Positions 13,044-30,456 of a stretch of 64,000 bases of DNA are shown here, in pieces. Origin of the DNA: Tubulanus polymorphus (lineage: Eukaryota; Animalia; Nemertea); contig NC_134026.1 of the NCBI RefSeq assembly GCF_964204645.1, forward strand, positions 2,441,950 through 2,505,949, read 5' to 3'. Numbering within the stretch: position 1 is the stretch's first letter; each line of letters opens with the position of its first letter. The translations under genes and the position numbers were made by a program. The notes beneath the pieces are model-generated. The model saw only the letters and a program-made list of their open reading frames with translations, did not search any database and was not told the origin of the DNA.

Positions 13044-13790
13044 AGTCGAAATAAAGCTGGTTCGAAAAGATGGCCGGACTGACGGTCGCACGAGTGTGGA
13101 GACATGGGCAAGGACCGTTCATTTGAATATGAATTCACCTAGCGTCATTTCCCGAGCTCAATTGTCACAGTCAGTGGCGATTCTACCTTTATCGAATTAA
13201 TTCTACTTAGAATGACTAACTTTTTACTCTTTTCATCATCCAACAAATTAATATGAAATCGTATAAATATAAAAGAAAGTTTTTGTTTTGTTATTGATTC
13301 CGAAACACTCAGTTCACTGTCGGCCAAGCGTGCACCTTACTCCTGGTTCATGATAAGGAGCCATTTCCAACGGCCGGCCGGGCTCAGCCCGTTTGGGCAT
13401 CGATCCATCGGAGCAAAATGATAACGGGAATAAGGGGAATCCAGGGAATTTGAATAGGGGGGGGGGGTAAAGCATCAGAGGCCTATGTACTGGTACTACG
13501 ACCGCGAACCACCGTAGGCGCGAACCCGTCGGCCCAGTCGTTTTTCAAAAAGTGCATCTAGAAAAGCAAATTGAGTGGCAATGTGCAAATTTCTTAAGCA
13601 TTCATTGCCACAATATGCGGAGATCAGATAAATCTCGAGCATGCGACTGAGCTACGTGATGGACTGTATATAGAGTGCAGGTAATCGAACTCCCTTCGGC
13701 CGCTGAACGGAGGCTTCCTGTGGCAAGCGAATACTGTGAACGCAAATCCGAAACCACATCCACATTTTAGGCGCTACGAATGGAAACAAA

Positions 13791-16700
13791 ATGGCTGCGC
13801 CCAGTTGGCGGAAGATTCTAAATGATCATGAAATAATTCATAATTTACGCATTACCAATGAACATATAGCCACATCGCTGAAAATAAAGAATCTGATCGC
13901 TTTACACGATGGAGATATATACATCTGGAATTCATATAGCGCTTGTATTTCGACGATTAATCTTAAGTTTATCGCCGATTACAAGAATTCACAGGTGAAA
14001 TGAAGTTAAAAAAGTGAAAAAAGTGAAAGTTAAAATATGGGGGTACTGATACAGTACTCGCCTAAACGGAATGTATTTGTGTTTCTCTCATATGATTTAA
14101 CTGCTGTAACCAACAAATTCAAAACCAAAGTTTTTATGCTTAGACTTTAGTATAAAAACAGTGAGAACATTTTTGGTTGGTTACGCTTACAGCAGTAAAA
14201 GGGTTACACTAATTAGCGTCAATAATGAGTCCGGATTCAATGTCAATGGGTCAGAATTCGGTATCAGTATGACCGGCAATAAATCATTGTATTCTTCAGG
14301 TGTTTGTTCCGTGCACCCTCCCCTCATGTGAAAAATAATGTTTATTTCAGACATTGCTATGTTCCGTACCGCCTCTATTTAAAGTTGAAAAGATCCTGCT
14401 GAATTCAACAGGCACGCGGATATTGGCTTATGGTAGTAATGGAATCAGTGCTATTGAGTTACCTAGACGCTGGGGAAAATATAACCTTTGTGAGGGTGGA
14501 AAAAGCTCCATTTCCTGCAGGTAGGCTTTCATCAGTGCGTTACAATCATCAATATATAAAACCACAAGAAAATACTGTTGCTTTTTCATGTTTTAAAACT
14601 AATGCAAACTTTATCACTTCAGGACGATTCCAATTGGAGAGCGATTTTTTGCAAGTCATAGTAAAGTGAAGTTGCTTCATGCGGCTTGGCATCCGGGTGG
14701 AGAGTCACATTCTCATATCGCTCTATTAACTTCGGATTGTGCTTTCAGGTAACGACTGAATGGGCAAAAATACAAATTCATTGACATAAAGCTAAATATG
14801 TTTAAACCAAATGTTCTTCAATTTACTTCATTTGCAGTTTATATGATCTAAATGACGCAGAGGTCGCAGAACAATACGTAACACTATCCGAAAATGGGGT
14901 CTCATTAGATGTCAGTTCATCGAAAACTCATTTCAACACGGCACTCGGAGATCAACCAGTATCCTTTGACTTCGGATCTTCAATTTCTGTCCAGACAAAT
15001 AGAAATTCCAAGTCTCGAATTGATGTGTGGCCCGTATATGTATTATGGGGAAACGGCAATGTCTTCAGACTCCTTATCAGTCCCAAAGAAAAGTAAGTCA
15101 TAGAATATTCTCGCAAGGCAAAATACAGTCAGTTTCGAAATTCGATTCGATTTCAATTAAAATCCGATACAAATTAAGCGGCTTTGACTGTACGGAGTGA
15201 ATCTTGATTACAGATTTCAAGCAAATTTTGTCGGACCGTTGGCAATGTTACCACCTGCAGAAGACAATTACGGCACTGATGCTTGTTCTATCATGTGTTT
15301 GGATACTCAGCCACCAATATTAGTAATCGCTACATGTGAAGGCAACTTATATCATTGCATCGTATTGCCGAAAGATGACTGCGATACCGCTGTAAGTTTT
15401 ACGCTAGGAATTACTTCACTTCAGTAAGAGGTACTTCGATATATGTTTTGCTACCGACATTTTCATTACAGTCGGAAATATCTTGGTCGATATCAGAAAG
15501 TAACAACACGTTATGGGAGCCGGTTGTCGCTGAATGTACACTTTATGTTTACGAAAAGATAGAACTCGAATTGTCATTGACGACGGTTACTCTAGAGTCT
15601 GATGATCCAGTCATCGATGATTATACATGTCCTGTACATTTACTAAAAGGTGAAGTAACTCTAAAAGTTGTTGTCTATCGTTTTTCTGCTGAAACCGTTG
15701 TTTTGAATTTCGAAACTCTTATAGATAAAGCTACCACGTCGAGATACCACTGCCACCATAACGCAGGCGTGCACACAGTCGCTTTACCATGGACTCTAAA
15801 TCTGGAAAAGATTTCAGGTGAGAGGAATTCGGCTTTTTCTCCGATGAAGATTTGTGGATTTTGCTTCAAACGTTTTAAGATTATTTCCATTTATGTCTAC
15901 TTGTCGTATTACAGATAAGTTAGATAGCGTAGCCGCATTTGATCATACAGAAGAGGCGATTGTTGAGCATCTCATTTGTACGAAACCAATATCATCGAGG
16001 TGAACATCCAAATATAAGCCTAACTCCGCTGTTGTGAAATTCCTTATCAAAACATTCGTGACCGATTTGACTTCTATATGTATATATTTCAGTGATGAAA
16101 ATCCTGTTGTTGGTCTTGGTATCGTATCTGATACTCTTCTCGGTACTGCTCTCATATGTATGACGTCGACATTTCAATGTATCACTCTACCTCTTGTGTA
16201 AGTTCAGTTCATTAGTAAGCAAGCTCGAGGCCCGGGTCCGTTCGTACGGGCATGGCGACTAACAACTTAAGACGAGTCTCGAGATTTAACACCACATTTT
16301 GGACTGTGCACCCTAGCCCCGATGTAAATACCGGGTATGTGAAATTCTCGTTTCAGCTCTTTGTTCAAACCGACTGCTCCGGTGCTGATGTCATCTGCTG
16401 AAACCAAACCTCGTTCATCGCCTAAGAATCGACTGTACAGAGAGCCTTTCGATCAGCACATACAAAAAATTCTCAAAAGAGGCACATCTAATCCTATTAT
16501 CAAGTAAATTATAATTTCGGTGTTATGCAATGTTTATTTAAGGTCAGTGTCACAGACTGGTCTATTTTATCATTTTATTTTATTTTTTTTATAAAGAACT
16601 AGCAGTAAAACTGATCTTCAGCCTCAAGAATGTTTTCAACTGCTCAGTAGAGCTACTCAAGTATTCAGAGAAGAGTATATTCATAAACAAGACTTGGCTC

Positions 16701-17316
16701 GAGAGGAAATCAAAAGAAGGTAATTTGCTTATTCTTGACGGATCATTTCGGAGTATATGTCTGTCACAACTGGGTTAATAAGACGTTATGAAAATTATTT
16801 TTTAATCTCAGGGTTCATATATTGAGAGAACAGAAGAAACAACAGGTGAATGATGTGGAGCTATGTTTGCAGAGTAAAGGTGAATTGAGCAACAACGCAG
16901 AAAATCTAGCGACAAAATACGATGACATCATGTATTTACAGACGGCATTGGTGTCCAGGTTAGTCAGCCTGCCATCAGGTTTGAAGCTCTACCTACAAAG
17001 TCGATTAAGTCGTCATAACTAGAATAACTGTCAGTACCGGGTATCCAAATGATAACTCACACTTGATTGTACAGTCAAAGTTTAAGGGACTCTGGTATAA
17101 TACCACATTCGTTTTATTGCCTGACAATCCTGTTAAACAAACCGGCTGAATCTAAAAGCCTGTAATTTTAGTTCGTTATAAAGCCATCCGCCATATGTCA
17201 TGATTTATCTCTAGTACATTCGTATTAAAATGTATTATGGAATCATCTGATATACCACCATCGAGATTATTTATATCAGTAATCAGTAATGTCTCTGTAA
17301 GCTACACTTACAGCAG

Positions 17317-17391
<75 letters not shown>

Positions 17392-18131
17392 TCTATTGAT
17401 TCATTCTTCACACGTTAAGATTTGAAGTTCCTAACTCGCACTACACTTCTCTCAATATGTAACGCTTGAAAGTTAACGCATGATTTTGAAATTACTCTGG
17501 GTTTTAATTCTCAGGGTGGAAGATGTGATACGTAAAGTTCAAAAGAAAGTTCCCATCGTATCAGACGCCGAGAAAGGAATGTACAGAGAATTGAAAGCAA
17601 TGGAAGAAAGTATGAAACATCTGAAGAATTCTCTAGAGCAGGTAAATATCATGTGAATATTAACAGTACTCAGTGCTAAATGAATGAAGGTTTGTGTGTT
17701 TTTGCTTTACGTCATGTGGTTTCCCAAGACTAACCCTTTTAAATTGACTCACTGTATCCCACTGAGTTACTGATGAAATCGGTGTTTTGATTAATTCGAG
17801 ATTGTTCGACTTTCTTTCAGATAAAAACGAAGAGAGATTGCCAGCGACGTATGATAAAACAATCTGAAACAACTGCGAAATCGCCGTCGATTTCTAATCC
17901 TCAATCGACTCAAATTAAATCACTTCTCAAAGATGAGTAAGTATCATATACAGTATACATAGCGTTCATGTAATAGCAAAAATTCATCAAGACTTGTTGA
18001 AATTTTGCTGCTAGTAGTAATCATTTCTTAAATGCGGATTTTTTCTTTGCAGGGGAAGCAAGATTTGCGAGTTGATTAAAAATGTGAAATTGTTGCAGTC
18101 ACAGGCAGATTTCGCAGTACCACCAGTTTAA
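13791..18131 (+). CDS. NUP88: Nuclear pore complex protein Nup88 (multi-exon)
   Basis: Exons 13791-13994, 14351-14520, 14623-14748 etc. splice to [12 protein letters not shown]...ELPRRWGK...EGGK...PIGERFF...HAAWHP...[43 protein letters not shown] and a C-terminal coiled coil, all matching Nup88. TAA at 18129-18131; AATAAA ~18292. Confidence 0.95.
17317..17388. repeat. (TA)n microsatellite in NUP88 intron
   Basis: Near-perfect TA run with one interruption. Confidence 0.95.
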
Positions 18132-19380
18132 TGATGAAATGAATGATTAAATCATGAACCATGGAAACATCTTAAGGATTTTGAATGAATGATATTTGTC
18201 CATTATGTACGATGTATTTAGCAGGTTTCAAAATAATTCTAATATTTGTAGCCTTTTCATTCAAATGAAAGTGTATTCTGTATATTTTGTAAATAAAAAC
18301 AGCTATATGTTGATTCAGTCAATTTAGTGGTATTTTGATTTATGTTTGATTCTGTTGGTTGAAGTATATCGTTTATAGCAAGTCTATTTAGTGCTACTTA
18401 TATTGCTTGCTACTTTTTGGAAATAATTCTCTTAAAAGTGGCTTTAAAATCGATTTCAAAGGCAGAATCTCCTTAGATAAACCTTTAAATTTTATGCAAC
18501 TATTCGTTTAAAAGAAACTAGTGTTATATGTAATTAATCGAGTTAACGTAGGAAAATATCTGTATTCCTCGCATACCACAGTAGCATGGCGAGATTATAT
18601 GAGATCTCAGCCGTTCGGTGCTGCCCCTATGAATAACGATAGCGGAATTTCTGTGAACTAAAATAGTGGTAGATAATATCTGAAGAAATATAATTTGCCC
18701 CCGAAGCGAAAATGAATTCATCCAAAAAATTAGCTAAACCTCCACTTTTTTGAACCACGTTAACATAAAGGGATCGTCTTTCAATTAACTACACTCCCTA
18801 CCAATATACAAAGATAGCCTGCATTATATCCACAGGAAGGTATTTTGGATTGTGGAAAACAGCAAAAGAGCACATTCCAAGGAAAGTAAGAGAACAAAAT
18901 ATGCTCCAATAAGAAAATTCCAGTTTTTATTGAGGTTTAGTATTACAAAATTCACATCGGAATACTCTTACAATCATGTTCCTGAGAAAGAGTTGAGCTT
19001 CCTTCCAACAACAGTATGGAAAGGTACAGTTTGCATATATCAATGTAAACTGCTTCAATATTTCATGTAACCATGGTCAAAACGATATGGAATGACAAAT
19101 TGTGTAATTCTACACTTAAAGCTCATAAAATAACCTTCTACCAAGCAAATCCTGATGTGAATTTATACATTTGATACATATCACCTGAAAACTCATAAAT
19201 TAAACGCATAAAACTATGTTATGTGTTAGGGATGATTTTTTGCCCTAAGTGAGTGTTGCAAAAACACTACTGTAAAAAACAAAATAGAGATGTTCCACGC
19301 GCAAACAGAAATTTATACATTCACTTATCTACAAATATGACTATGAAAATCATTAACAGTTTATTAGCAAATCAGTGATT

Positions 19381-21186
<1,806 letters not shown>

Positions 21187-21902
21187 GTTGAAACGATTAT
21201 TGAATTGTATAATTCAGAATTAAGTTTTATTTGATTTTCTCAGCTACGATCGAACGCACCACCACCTGCTGGTGAATAATATGTAGGATAGATGGCGCTA
21301 GGTGACGGAGTAAGAATTATCTCGCGGGTTGACGCACCGGGTACAAATAGCATCTAATGATTGGTAGCGGACCTTGTGTCAGTAATCAACAGAAAGCATT
21401 ACAGGGGCGAATTTAGGATGTGGTCTCGGGATCCGGACCTTAAGTTTGCCCTTTTCATCAAGGCAAAGATTTTAAACCCGCAAAATATCTTACATCCTGT
21501 ACCATCGTGGGGCCGGGCCGGGAAATTGCCACCTTCTTCAAACTGATACTGCGGTGCGGACCCAACTAGTGGTCTTTGACGTTGTCTGAATACCAGATGT
21601 TGTTACGTTCCTCATCAACGGCTAGATACTAGACTACCTTTGACATGGCTTCTTTTCTTAGTGATAGTGCCTTTCCTTTTCTACCATTCACTTGTGCAAG
21701 GAAAGAGTTCAAAAACGAAAGCGCATGAAGTTAAATGAATTTTGTTTATTTGTTTCTGTAGCTCACATCAACAATAAATACGTATAAAGGACATGATGGT
21801 CATAAGTAATTTCAAATGTAAGCAATTGGTTACTTAAATCTGTTCGATATGGTGTATTCAATTTTTGATTATTGGTTTCTAGAAAGAGAGAGTACAATGG
21901 TC

Positions 21903-23083
<1,181 letters not shown>

Positions 23084-24091
23084 TGACACTAGAGTAATCA
23101 GTCTCTACTGATACACATATATAAGCAATGCACTATATGTTTATTCAGCATGTTTACTAGAAATAAAGATAAAGTTACGTAAATATAGCATTAAGGTATT
23201 GAAACGATGTGATAAGCGGGTAGTAGTCAGCACAGACCGGGTAACAGTAAAGCATTTTACCATGTGTATAAGGCTGCTCTTAATTTCAGGCCTATCGATT
23301 TTAATAGTGCGATGACTATCAAACACAAGCATGAACAGTTCCTTGATGGGGTATTTACCTGTATTTTTCACTGAGTACAATCTCATAAATTTTAAAGCCA
23401 TATTTCACCAGTCACTTGAAGTGTGTATTTCTCTTGTGTCATTCAATGACATTCAGCCATTGTTTACTATTTTTGACAGCTACCTTCACCTTGGCTGTGG
23501 AGCCATCTACAACTACAATGCGTTCCAAAACTAAATATTCACATGCCAGTGGTGAATCATCTACCGTGCGCGGTTTGTTTATCCTATGACGATTTCGACC
23601 GCAGTCAAGGAGTAAAATTTTCCAATTTTCTAAAATTATGGTTAAAAGGGGGATATAGAATAGAAATCGAAGAAGTATTCGTATTCGTGTGACCATGCCT
23701 TTTTACCTCAGGGATTCAGATGACTTCTAATTAATCTTTCTAGACTTACCATTTCATTCACGGAATGGTTTTCAGTCACAGTTTGATCCACTGACACACT
23801 AGTTAGTTACCTAATCGTTGGTGGTAAGCTTTTTTTGATCGGATAGGCTTATACCAACTGGTTTGTGGAAATATCCGATCGTGAAACTAAACCAAACACA
23901 GACAGGATACTGACTACAACTGACGCGCGGGTAAGTTTCCCTTTGCCGGGATGCAAAATAATTTTTTGCCTGAATTAAAAGACACGAACCCATTTTTGTT
24001 TATATTGTGGTTTTATTTCGTTATGTATAGGCTTTTGTAAAAAAGAATGTTTTATTGTCATTTTAATCCGATTCATGAAAATAAAGGTAAA

Positions 24092-24896
24092 CTATTTCAG
24101 GCTGTCGATACTTGGTCTATTTCTGATTAGAAATTCGACGAGATCCTTCGAGTCGACGAGACTAGCATTACTCTGACTGCTGGCATTTATATTCAGTTCC
24201 AGCCCCGATAGTTTTCTTTGTTTTGCATCAACTACAAATACATATAGGGGGATTCAAATCTTGAAAAAAGACAATAAGGGAAGAATCAAGAGGTCAAGTG
24301 CCGAAACTGAAATCACACCGGCACTGGCTTGAAAAATAAATCACGCAACAAGTTTGTAGCTTACTTAAGTCACCGGGAGGTAATTCTGAATTCCGTTTCC
24401 TGGTTTGGTCAGCTGTAACATTTTGATGCTGCTGCTGTTGTTGTTGCTGTGGCTGTATTATAATTGGTCGAAATGCCGGATTACCCATTGAATTATGGAA
24501 TACATTTGATCCAGCAATATTTTGCGTTGGTGTCGCGGTGTTCCACTGCGTCGCGTTAGGAACTGCTGTACGCAGTCGTTGCTGCAGACGATGTGGCTCT
24601 TGATGCATTGGTCGAATTGTTCCAACCATTGGCATTTGAGGATGTCTAGCATTGGTCGCATCAATCTGCTGCTGTTGCTGTTCTGAAGTTATCATCGTCA
24701 AATCCATGATTGCCCTCGACTTTTGACAAGGGCATGGTGTTTGAGAAGGTTGTTCGCACGGGGATGCTCCATTACAAAATTGTGACTGCATCGTCATTGG
24801 TACTAACCCTTGCGACGTGACGTAATGAGGAACGAACACAACTGGACGCTGTGCGGGTCGTTGACAGGCGCAACTCGGCTGATTTTGTCTGAACAT
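24092..24896 (-). CDS. Two-exon Gln/Pro-rich orphan protein, 223 aa (24896-24365, 24231-24092)
   Basis: 532-nt ATG-led exon, GTAAGC donor, TTGTAG acceptor, in-frame 140-nt exon ending DLVEFLIRNRPSIDSLK*; AATAAA (-) at 24051-24056. Confidence 0.7.
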
Positions 24897-25352
24897 TTTG
24901 CGATATATTTATCTAGATAAGTCGACAATACTTGATAAAATCTTCCTGGAATGATTGTAACCTAGGTAGTTCATCTACCATGGAAACGCTATGTTACGTT
25001 TATGTCGTATTTCCGGTTCCTGCATCTGACATGTTTGGTGACTATGCCAACTACAAAGATAACGATAAAACAAATGACCAATGAGTGATCTTCATGCTGA
25101 GCAAAACTTTTCCCGTATGAACTTGAGGAGGGAGGTCCGACTGCCCACCGGCTTCTACTTAGCGTTTGACTTGCAATAGCCACCCGGTTCAAGGTTTCGT
25201 ATATTCCCAATAAGACCATATTGGCCATTGACGACAAACACAAAGCATGTATCACATTATGCGAATAGGATATTTATTGATAATATTGAGACATATATTT
25301 CCATTACGAATAACAAAACGTAGAATTTGACATGATGAGCATAGGTAGATTT

Positions 25353-27910
25353 TTAGATCATAGCGCTGTTTGGCCTGCTACTGTCACATCCGAAACTTAA
25401 CGAATTTGGCGAGCCATGTCGATACCAGGTCGTACCAGGAATCCACGGGCAAATCACAAAAGTCTCCTCTTCTTTGTGCGGTGAATAGGCGCGATAAACC
25501 CGTAGGAAATTCTTGAGCAGTTTCTCAGATGGGATACGACCCGGGTATAACATGCCCCAGTGTTGAAGAGCGTGCGCGACCGTCCTCTTTCGCAGATTCG
25601 AATAGTACGAATTGACCGCCTTAGATACCTTTAAAAGTGCAAATGAATAAAAACTGATTCGCTGAACAAAACTTCATTCCTCATTCACAATACTTATCTT
25701 ATAATAATACACTAATACTTCGAGTATAAATCATGTTAGATAGTTGATCGTAAGATCAGTTCATTTCACCTTTTGGCGTATGATTGGTAAATCTTCTATT
25801 GTCGGGTTAGCAGTCGTTCCTTTGTTCAAACTCAACATGGGTAACGGTATAGATTCTGGTCGTCTCGCCCAGGTAGGCAAACTCCATCCGGGCTGCGCGT
25901 TTTTCTTCTTTGCAGAATCTAGAATCATTTGAAAGTGGGATGATTTCATTTGAATTTGTAAAACTTCTATGTATAGTTTCATTGAAATGAAATTTGCTTT
26001 TAAGAAGATACCTTTTCGTTTGTCTTTACCGTGTGCGTCGTTATGTTTCAATGACATACTCGATCTAGCGCGTTTTCGCCTGCTACTCATTACCGGCGTG
26101 TTCTCATCCAATTCTCCATTAGCTTAAATTCAAAATCCACCATAAGCGTTTAAAAAGCACTTGTAATTCACAAGGTAGTGAACGAAAAGTTCCATTTTTC
26201 AAATTCATTTCTATTTTGTTCTTTTTTTTCGAAGCCCACTTAAAGGAATACTCACCAATTTTCGTTCTAATTTGTGGTATAAGATGCGCATTAGGTAACC
26301 GGGCAACGACACTTCCCTGTTTAGCCCATTCCTGAATTTTTTGCTTTAAAAATGAAGAATATTTTGATAATAAATGTAGTTATCGGCAATCAAGAGAAAT
26401 AAGCTGAAACGATCTATGGTAAACTTACCATGATAGCTATATCATCAGCACCGGTCAATGCGGCTCGTCGATAACGCGGTCTTGGCGTTGGAATTTCCGA
26501 TGCCTTGGTCTTTTTCTTACCCTGATCGGGTGTGACAAAATGTAGCGGCTTCGCATAGGGAGAATTCGTTCCTTTAGCGGCCTTTTCGAACCTAGCGAGA
26601 GTTCGTTCGATCTGTCGATCAGTGAGACCGATTAGACGCGCTCCGGCGGTGTAATGACTGATTACGTGAGGCGTGTGACGACTTTTTGCCGCGTAATAAC
26701 GTTCTATTTCTCCTAGAGAATTCTTTATGGCAAATTTCGTAATGGCGCTAAAGAACAGCGTCTGTCTTTTAGTGTATGCTCTAGAATGCCTTCTCTTTTC
26801 GGTTGTCACTGTGCCTGATTTAAAAAAGGTAAATCAGAAATGTCTGATAACAGTTGCTCAGTTAAGGCTTGTGCAACGGATTTCAACAGAAATAGTTACT
26901 TTTCTGATAAACTCTGCTTTGAAAACGTTACCGAATACAATGAGTTTCGTTAAACTTCGAAAAATTTAGATTTTTATGATAGATAGAAAGAAGACTAATG
27001 ACCAACCCAACTAACTTAAAATTGTCTTAATCATTATGACCGGGGCTGGCAAACTCACCGCTGTCCGTTTCTTTAATTTCGTCGTCATCTTCCTCGTCAT
27101 CTCCCGCTAACATGGCCATGCAATACAGAAACTCGTCGAAATCTATTTCACCGTTGCCATCTTTGTCCAGTTCTTTCATCGTTTGGACGATTTCATCTTT
27201 GGTCACGATAACATCGAGATCTTTGAAGCACTCGTAAAGTTCTTCCGCGTCGATGCTACCTCCGCTGTCTTTGTCAAGCAATTCGAACACCTAATTTTCA
27301 ACAAAGAATTTAACCAGAAATAACCACGAACATGCTGCAACTTAATTTCCAACCTAAATTGTCTTAATTAATGTAATCCATGTTGTCAGATTTATTCTAA
27401 ACTTAACGCACTTCTCGAAACATCTGCACCTGATCCTCGCTTAGTTCTTGGAACCATTCCGGCTTGCTTTCGTTTCCCCGACTGTTCGACCTTTTCCCTG
27501 AAGGATTTTTCATATCCTCAATTAATTATGGATGAAATGTGTATAACAATGGATAATTTCACGGTGAAAATGTATTGATCTTCATGTTTATTAACCTGAA
27601 TTGCTTGGCGTCGGTGCCCTTCTAGAGTCAGAATCTGTAGATCTAACGTCCTCGGCGAAACTTATCTGAAAATGTATCGATTCAAAAATGTCCTAATGAT
27701 AAATCATCTCAAAAGATTAAATTGTAATTATAATTTATAAATCAACGAATATGAATTTCAATGAATAGAGAACTGAATAAAAAAGAAAGTCGATCCTAAG
27801 TTTACCCTTTTATTACGTTGAGCCGTAATTCTGTTATTAAAACTGGTGGGACTGGCCGAACTTAGCCTGCTATTCCTAGGACTGGGTTCACCACCGACGT
27901 CACCCGACAT
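25353..27910 (-). CDS. EF-hand calcium-binding protein, EFCAB3-like (~9 exons)
   Basis: Two canonical EF-hand loops (DKDSGGSIDAEE, DKDGNGEIDFDE), then YTAGARLIGL...SPYAKPLHF and a C-terminal KAVNSYY...HWGML...FLRVYRAYS segment resembling my recollection of EFCAB3; checked exon phases are consistent from ATG 27910. Confidence 0.8.
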
Positions 27911-28227
27911 ACTCGAAATATTATTTTTTCTTTCGATACGTAGAATTATTTAGGTATCATAGAATGATATGGTGTGGCTTTTTTCTACTGCCATGGCGGA
28001 TGCGACCGAGTTGCGAGGGAACGGGTTTTTGAGCCCGCGGGTGGTTACCATGAGTTAGTTTTGAACTACACTGAAACGGAGTACTCCCATATTTGCGCAA
28101 AACCTGCGTATTTCCCTATTTACTTCCGCATTGAGGTTTTGCAAAAATTGAAATTTCACTTTATTTCGTGATATTTTAACCATTTGAACATTTGAATCGT
28201 GCAAACTTGTTGTAGACACTTTCAACG
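27911..28227. promoter_or_regulatory. Putative bidirectional promoter (EFCAB3-like / RAE1)
   Basis: Divergent start codons only 317 bp apart. Confidence 0.6.
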
Positions 28228-30456
28228 ATGTTTGGGGCTCCGAAAGTATTTGGTGGTGGAACGACAAACACGATTAATAACTCGAATCCGATGAAAGATA
28301 TCGAAGTTGCTTCGCCTCCCGATGATTCGGTATCGTGTTTAGAATTCAGTCCGGGAACTTTACCATCAACATTCCTCGTCGCTGGAAGCTGGGATAACAA
28401 TGTATGTGTGTTGAAAAGCTTTATTGAATCATTGAAGTAGATATCTGGGTAAAAGTGCAGATCCGCACCTCTCCATACTAAACGGTTCAATCAATTACAT
28501 TAAATATCATTGTTTCAGATTCAAAATGTCATCAGCAATTCAGTACATTGCCATTGGTTGATTTTAAATCTTCACTAGAAAGATTTTAAGCCTGGATTCT
28601 GCCATTCAGTAGATTGCGTCAATCACGAGAGGTGCGGGTCTGCACTTTTACCGATATCTGATATTGTTATCGACTCTTTTTCATTGTAAAATAGCGTTTA
28701 ATTCGAATTTAGCGCTCTGAGTCTGACTTGACCCGAGAAGAAAAGATATTTATCCGGTATGTAAAAATATATGTTTGTATTATTGTTTCTGTTTTTAGGT
28801 AAGATGTTGGGAAGTTCAGGGCAACGGACAAACTATTCCGAAAGCGCAACAGACTCACACAGGACCAGTTTTAGATGTAGCCTGGAGTGATGTATGTGTG
28901 GCTTTATTTCACAGACTCCACTCTCCATCTGGATTATGTTGTGTAGAAAATAATATGTTTTCGATTTTTTGCAGGATGGTTCAAAAGTTTTTACAGCTTC
29001 ATGTGATAAAACAGCGAAAATGTGGGATTTAAACACGAACCAAGCGACTCAGATCGCACAGGTAACTTCAATCTCAAGGACAAGAGATGATCTAGGCCCT
29101 ATAGTGTATTTATTTCCGATGTACGTCTGATCTTTTCAATGTTTCAATGAATTTCAGCACGATGCTCCAGTAAAAACTATTCACTTCATAAAAGCACCGA
29201 ATTATAGCTGTGTAATGACTGGAAGCTGGGATAAAACACTGAAGGTAAAATTGATGATCATTTGTGAGCAAAAATCTATTCAGAATTAAAATTTGAAGGA
29301 GTAATTATTATGATCATTACAGTTTTGGGACATGAGGTCACCAAATCCGATGCACACGATTGCCTTACCAGAACGCTGTTATTGTACTGATGTGGTGAGT
29401 TATGTCATGAACAGTTACTGTCTCAGTGTTCGGATGCCACATTCAAACCTGCTTCATTCAGCTCAGTTTAATCTAGATTCTTTTTGAAATAAAGTTGTTT
29501 AACCCAGATTTTTCATAATCTGCATGAATTTTGTTAAGTCCCTGACTCCCAAATGATCTAAATTGAGCAGGTTCTAGTGACTGTATTTACAATGATCTGT
29601 TGATATTTTAGATGTATCCTATGGCTGTTGTTGGCACAGCTAATAGAGGGTTAATAATCTACCAGTTAGAAAATCAACCGCAAGAATTCAAAAAAATGGA
29701 GTCACCTTTGAAATATCAGGTAAGCCCCCTACAAAAGCCAGACAATTCGGTCTTTAAACTTGCTTAGATTAACTAATCGTTAAGTTTTTAATTTGTAGCA
29801 TCGTTGCGTGAAGATATTTACTGATAAGAAAACAAGTCAACCGACAGGTTTTGCTTTAGGGAGTATCGAAGGACGAGTTGCTATTCATTACGTTAATCCC
29901 ACCAACCCTAAGGATAATTTCACATTCAAATGTCACCGATCAAACGGAACTCCTAACGGTGTACAAGATATTTATGCGGTAAGCTTGAGCATCTAAAATC
30001 ATCCAAAATCGCTGATGATTTCGAAAGTTCCTTTTTTGGAGGAAAATGAGAATAAAATGCCCCCTATTGATTGAATTTAAGGTGAACAGCATAGCCTTCC
30101 ATCCACAACATGGAACTTTAGCTACAGTCGGTTCTGACGGAAGGTTCTCGTTCTGGGACAAAGACGCGCGCACGAAATTAAAAACGTCAGAACTTCTCGA
30201 TCAACCAATCAGCGCTTCAGCATTCAACGCTCAAGGAAACATATTCGCTTACGCATCAAGTTATGATTGGTCAAGAGTAAGTTTCAAATGATTCAAATTC
30301 TTAGTATTTGCTGTTATGTGAATTACATTTCATAATTCAGTTTCACTATTAATCATTTTTCAGGGACATGAAGGCTACGATCCTACAAAAATGAAACCAC
30401 ACATATTCTTGCGATCTTGCTTTGATGAATTGAAGCCAAGTAGCAAAAAATCTTAA
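28228..30456 (+). CDS. RAE1: mRNA export factor Rae1/Gle2 (WD40), multi-exon
   Basis: [23 protein letters not shown]...[38 protein letters not shown]...[50 protein letters not shown]; TAA 30454-30456. Confidence 0.97.
28448..28652. mobile_element. 205-bp MITE, Merlin-like, in RAE1 intron 1
   Basis: 26-bp TIR GGTAAAAGTGCAGA(T/C)CCGCACCTCTC with one mismatch; perfect 8-bp TSD GATATCTG (28440-28447, 28653-28660). Superfamily inferred from GG ends plus 8-bp TSD. Confidence 0.85.

Noticed and set aside
26295-26307. X-box GTAACCGGGCAAC suggesting an internal promoter
   Set aside because: Lies within an in-frame coding exon (QKIQEWAKQGSVVARLPN...) of the EF-hand gene.
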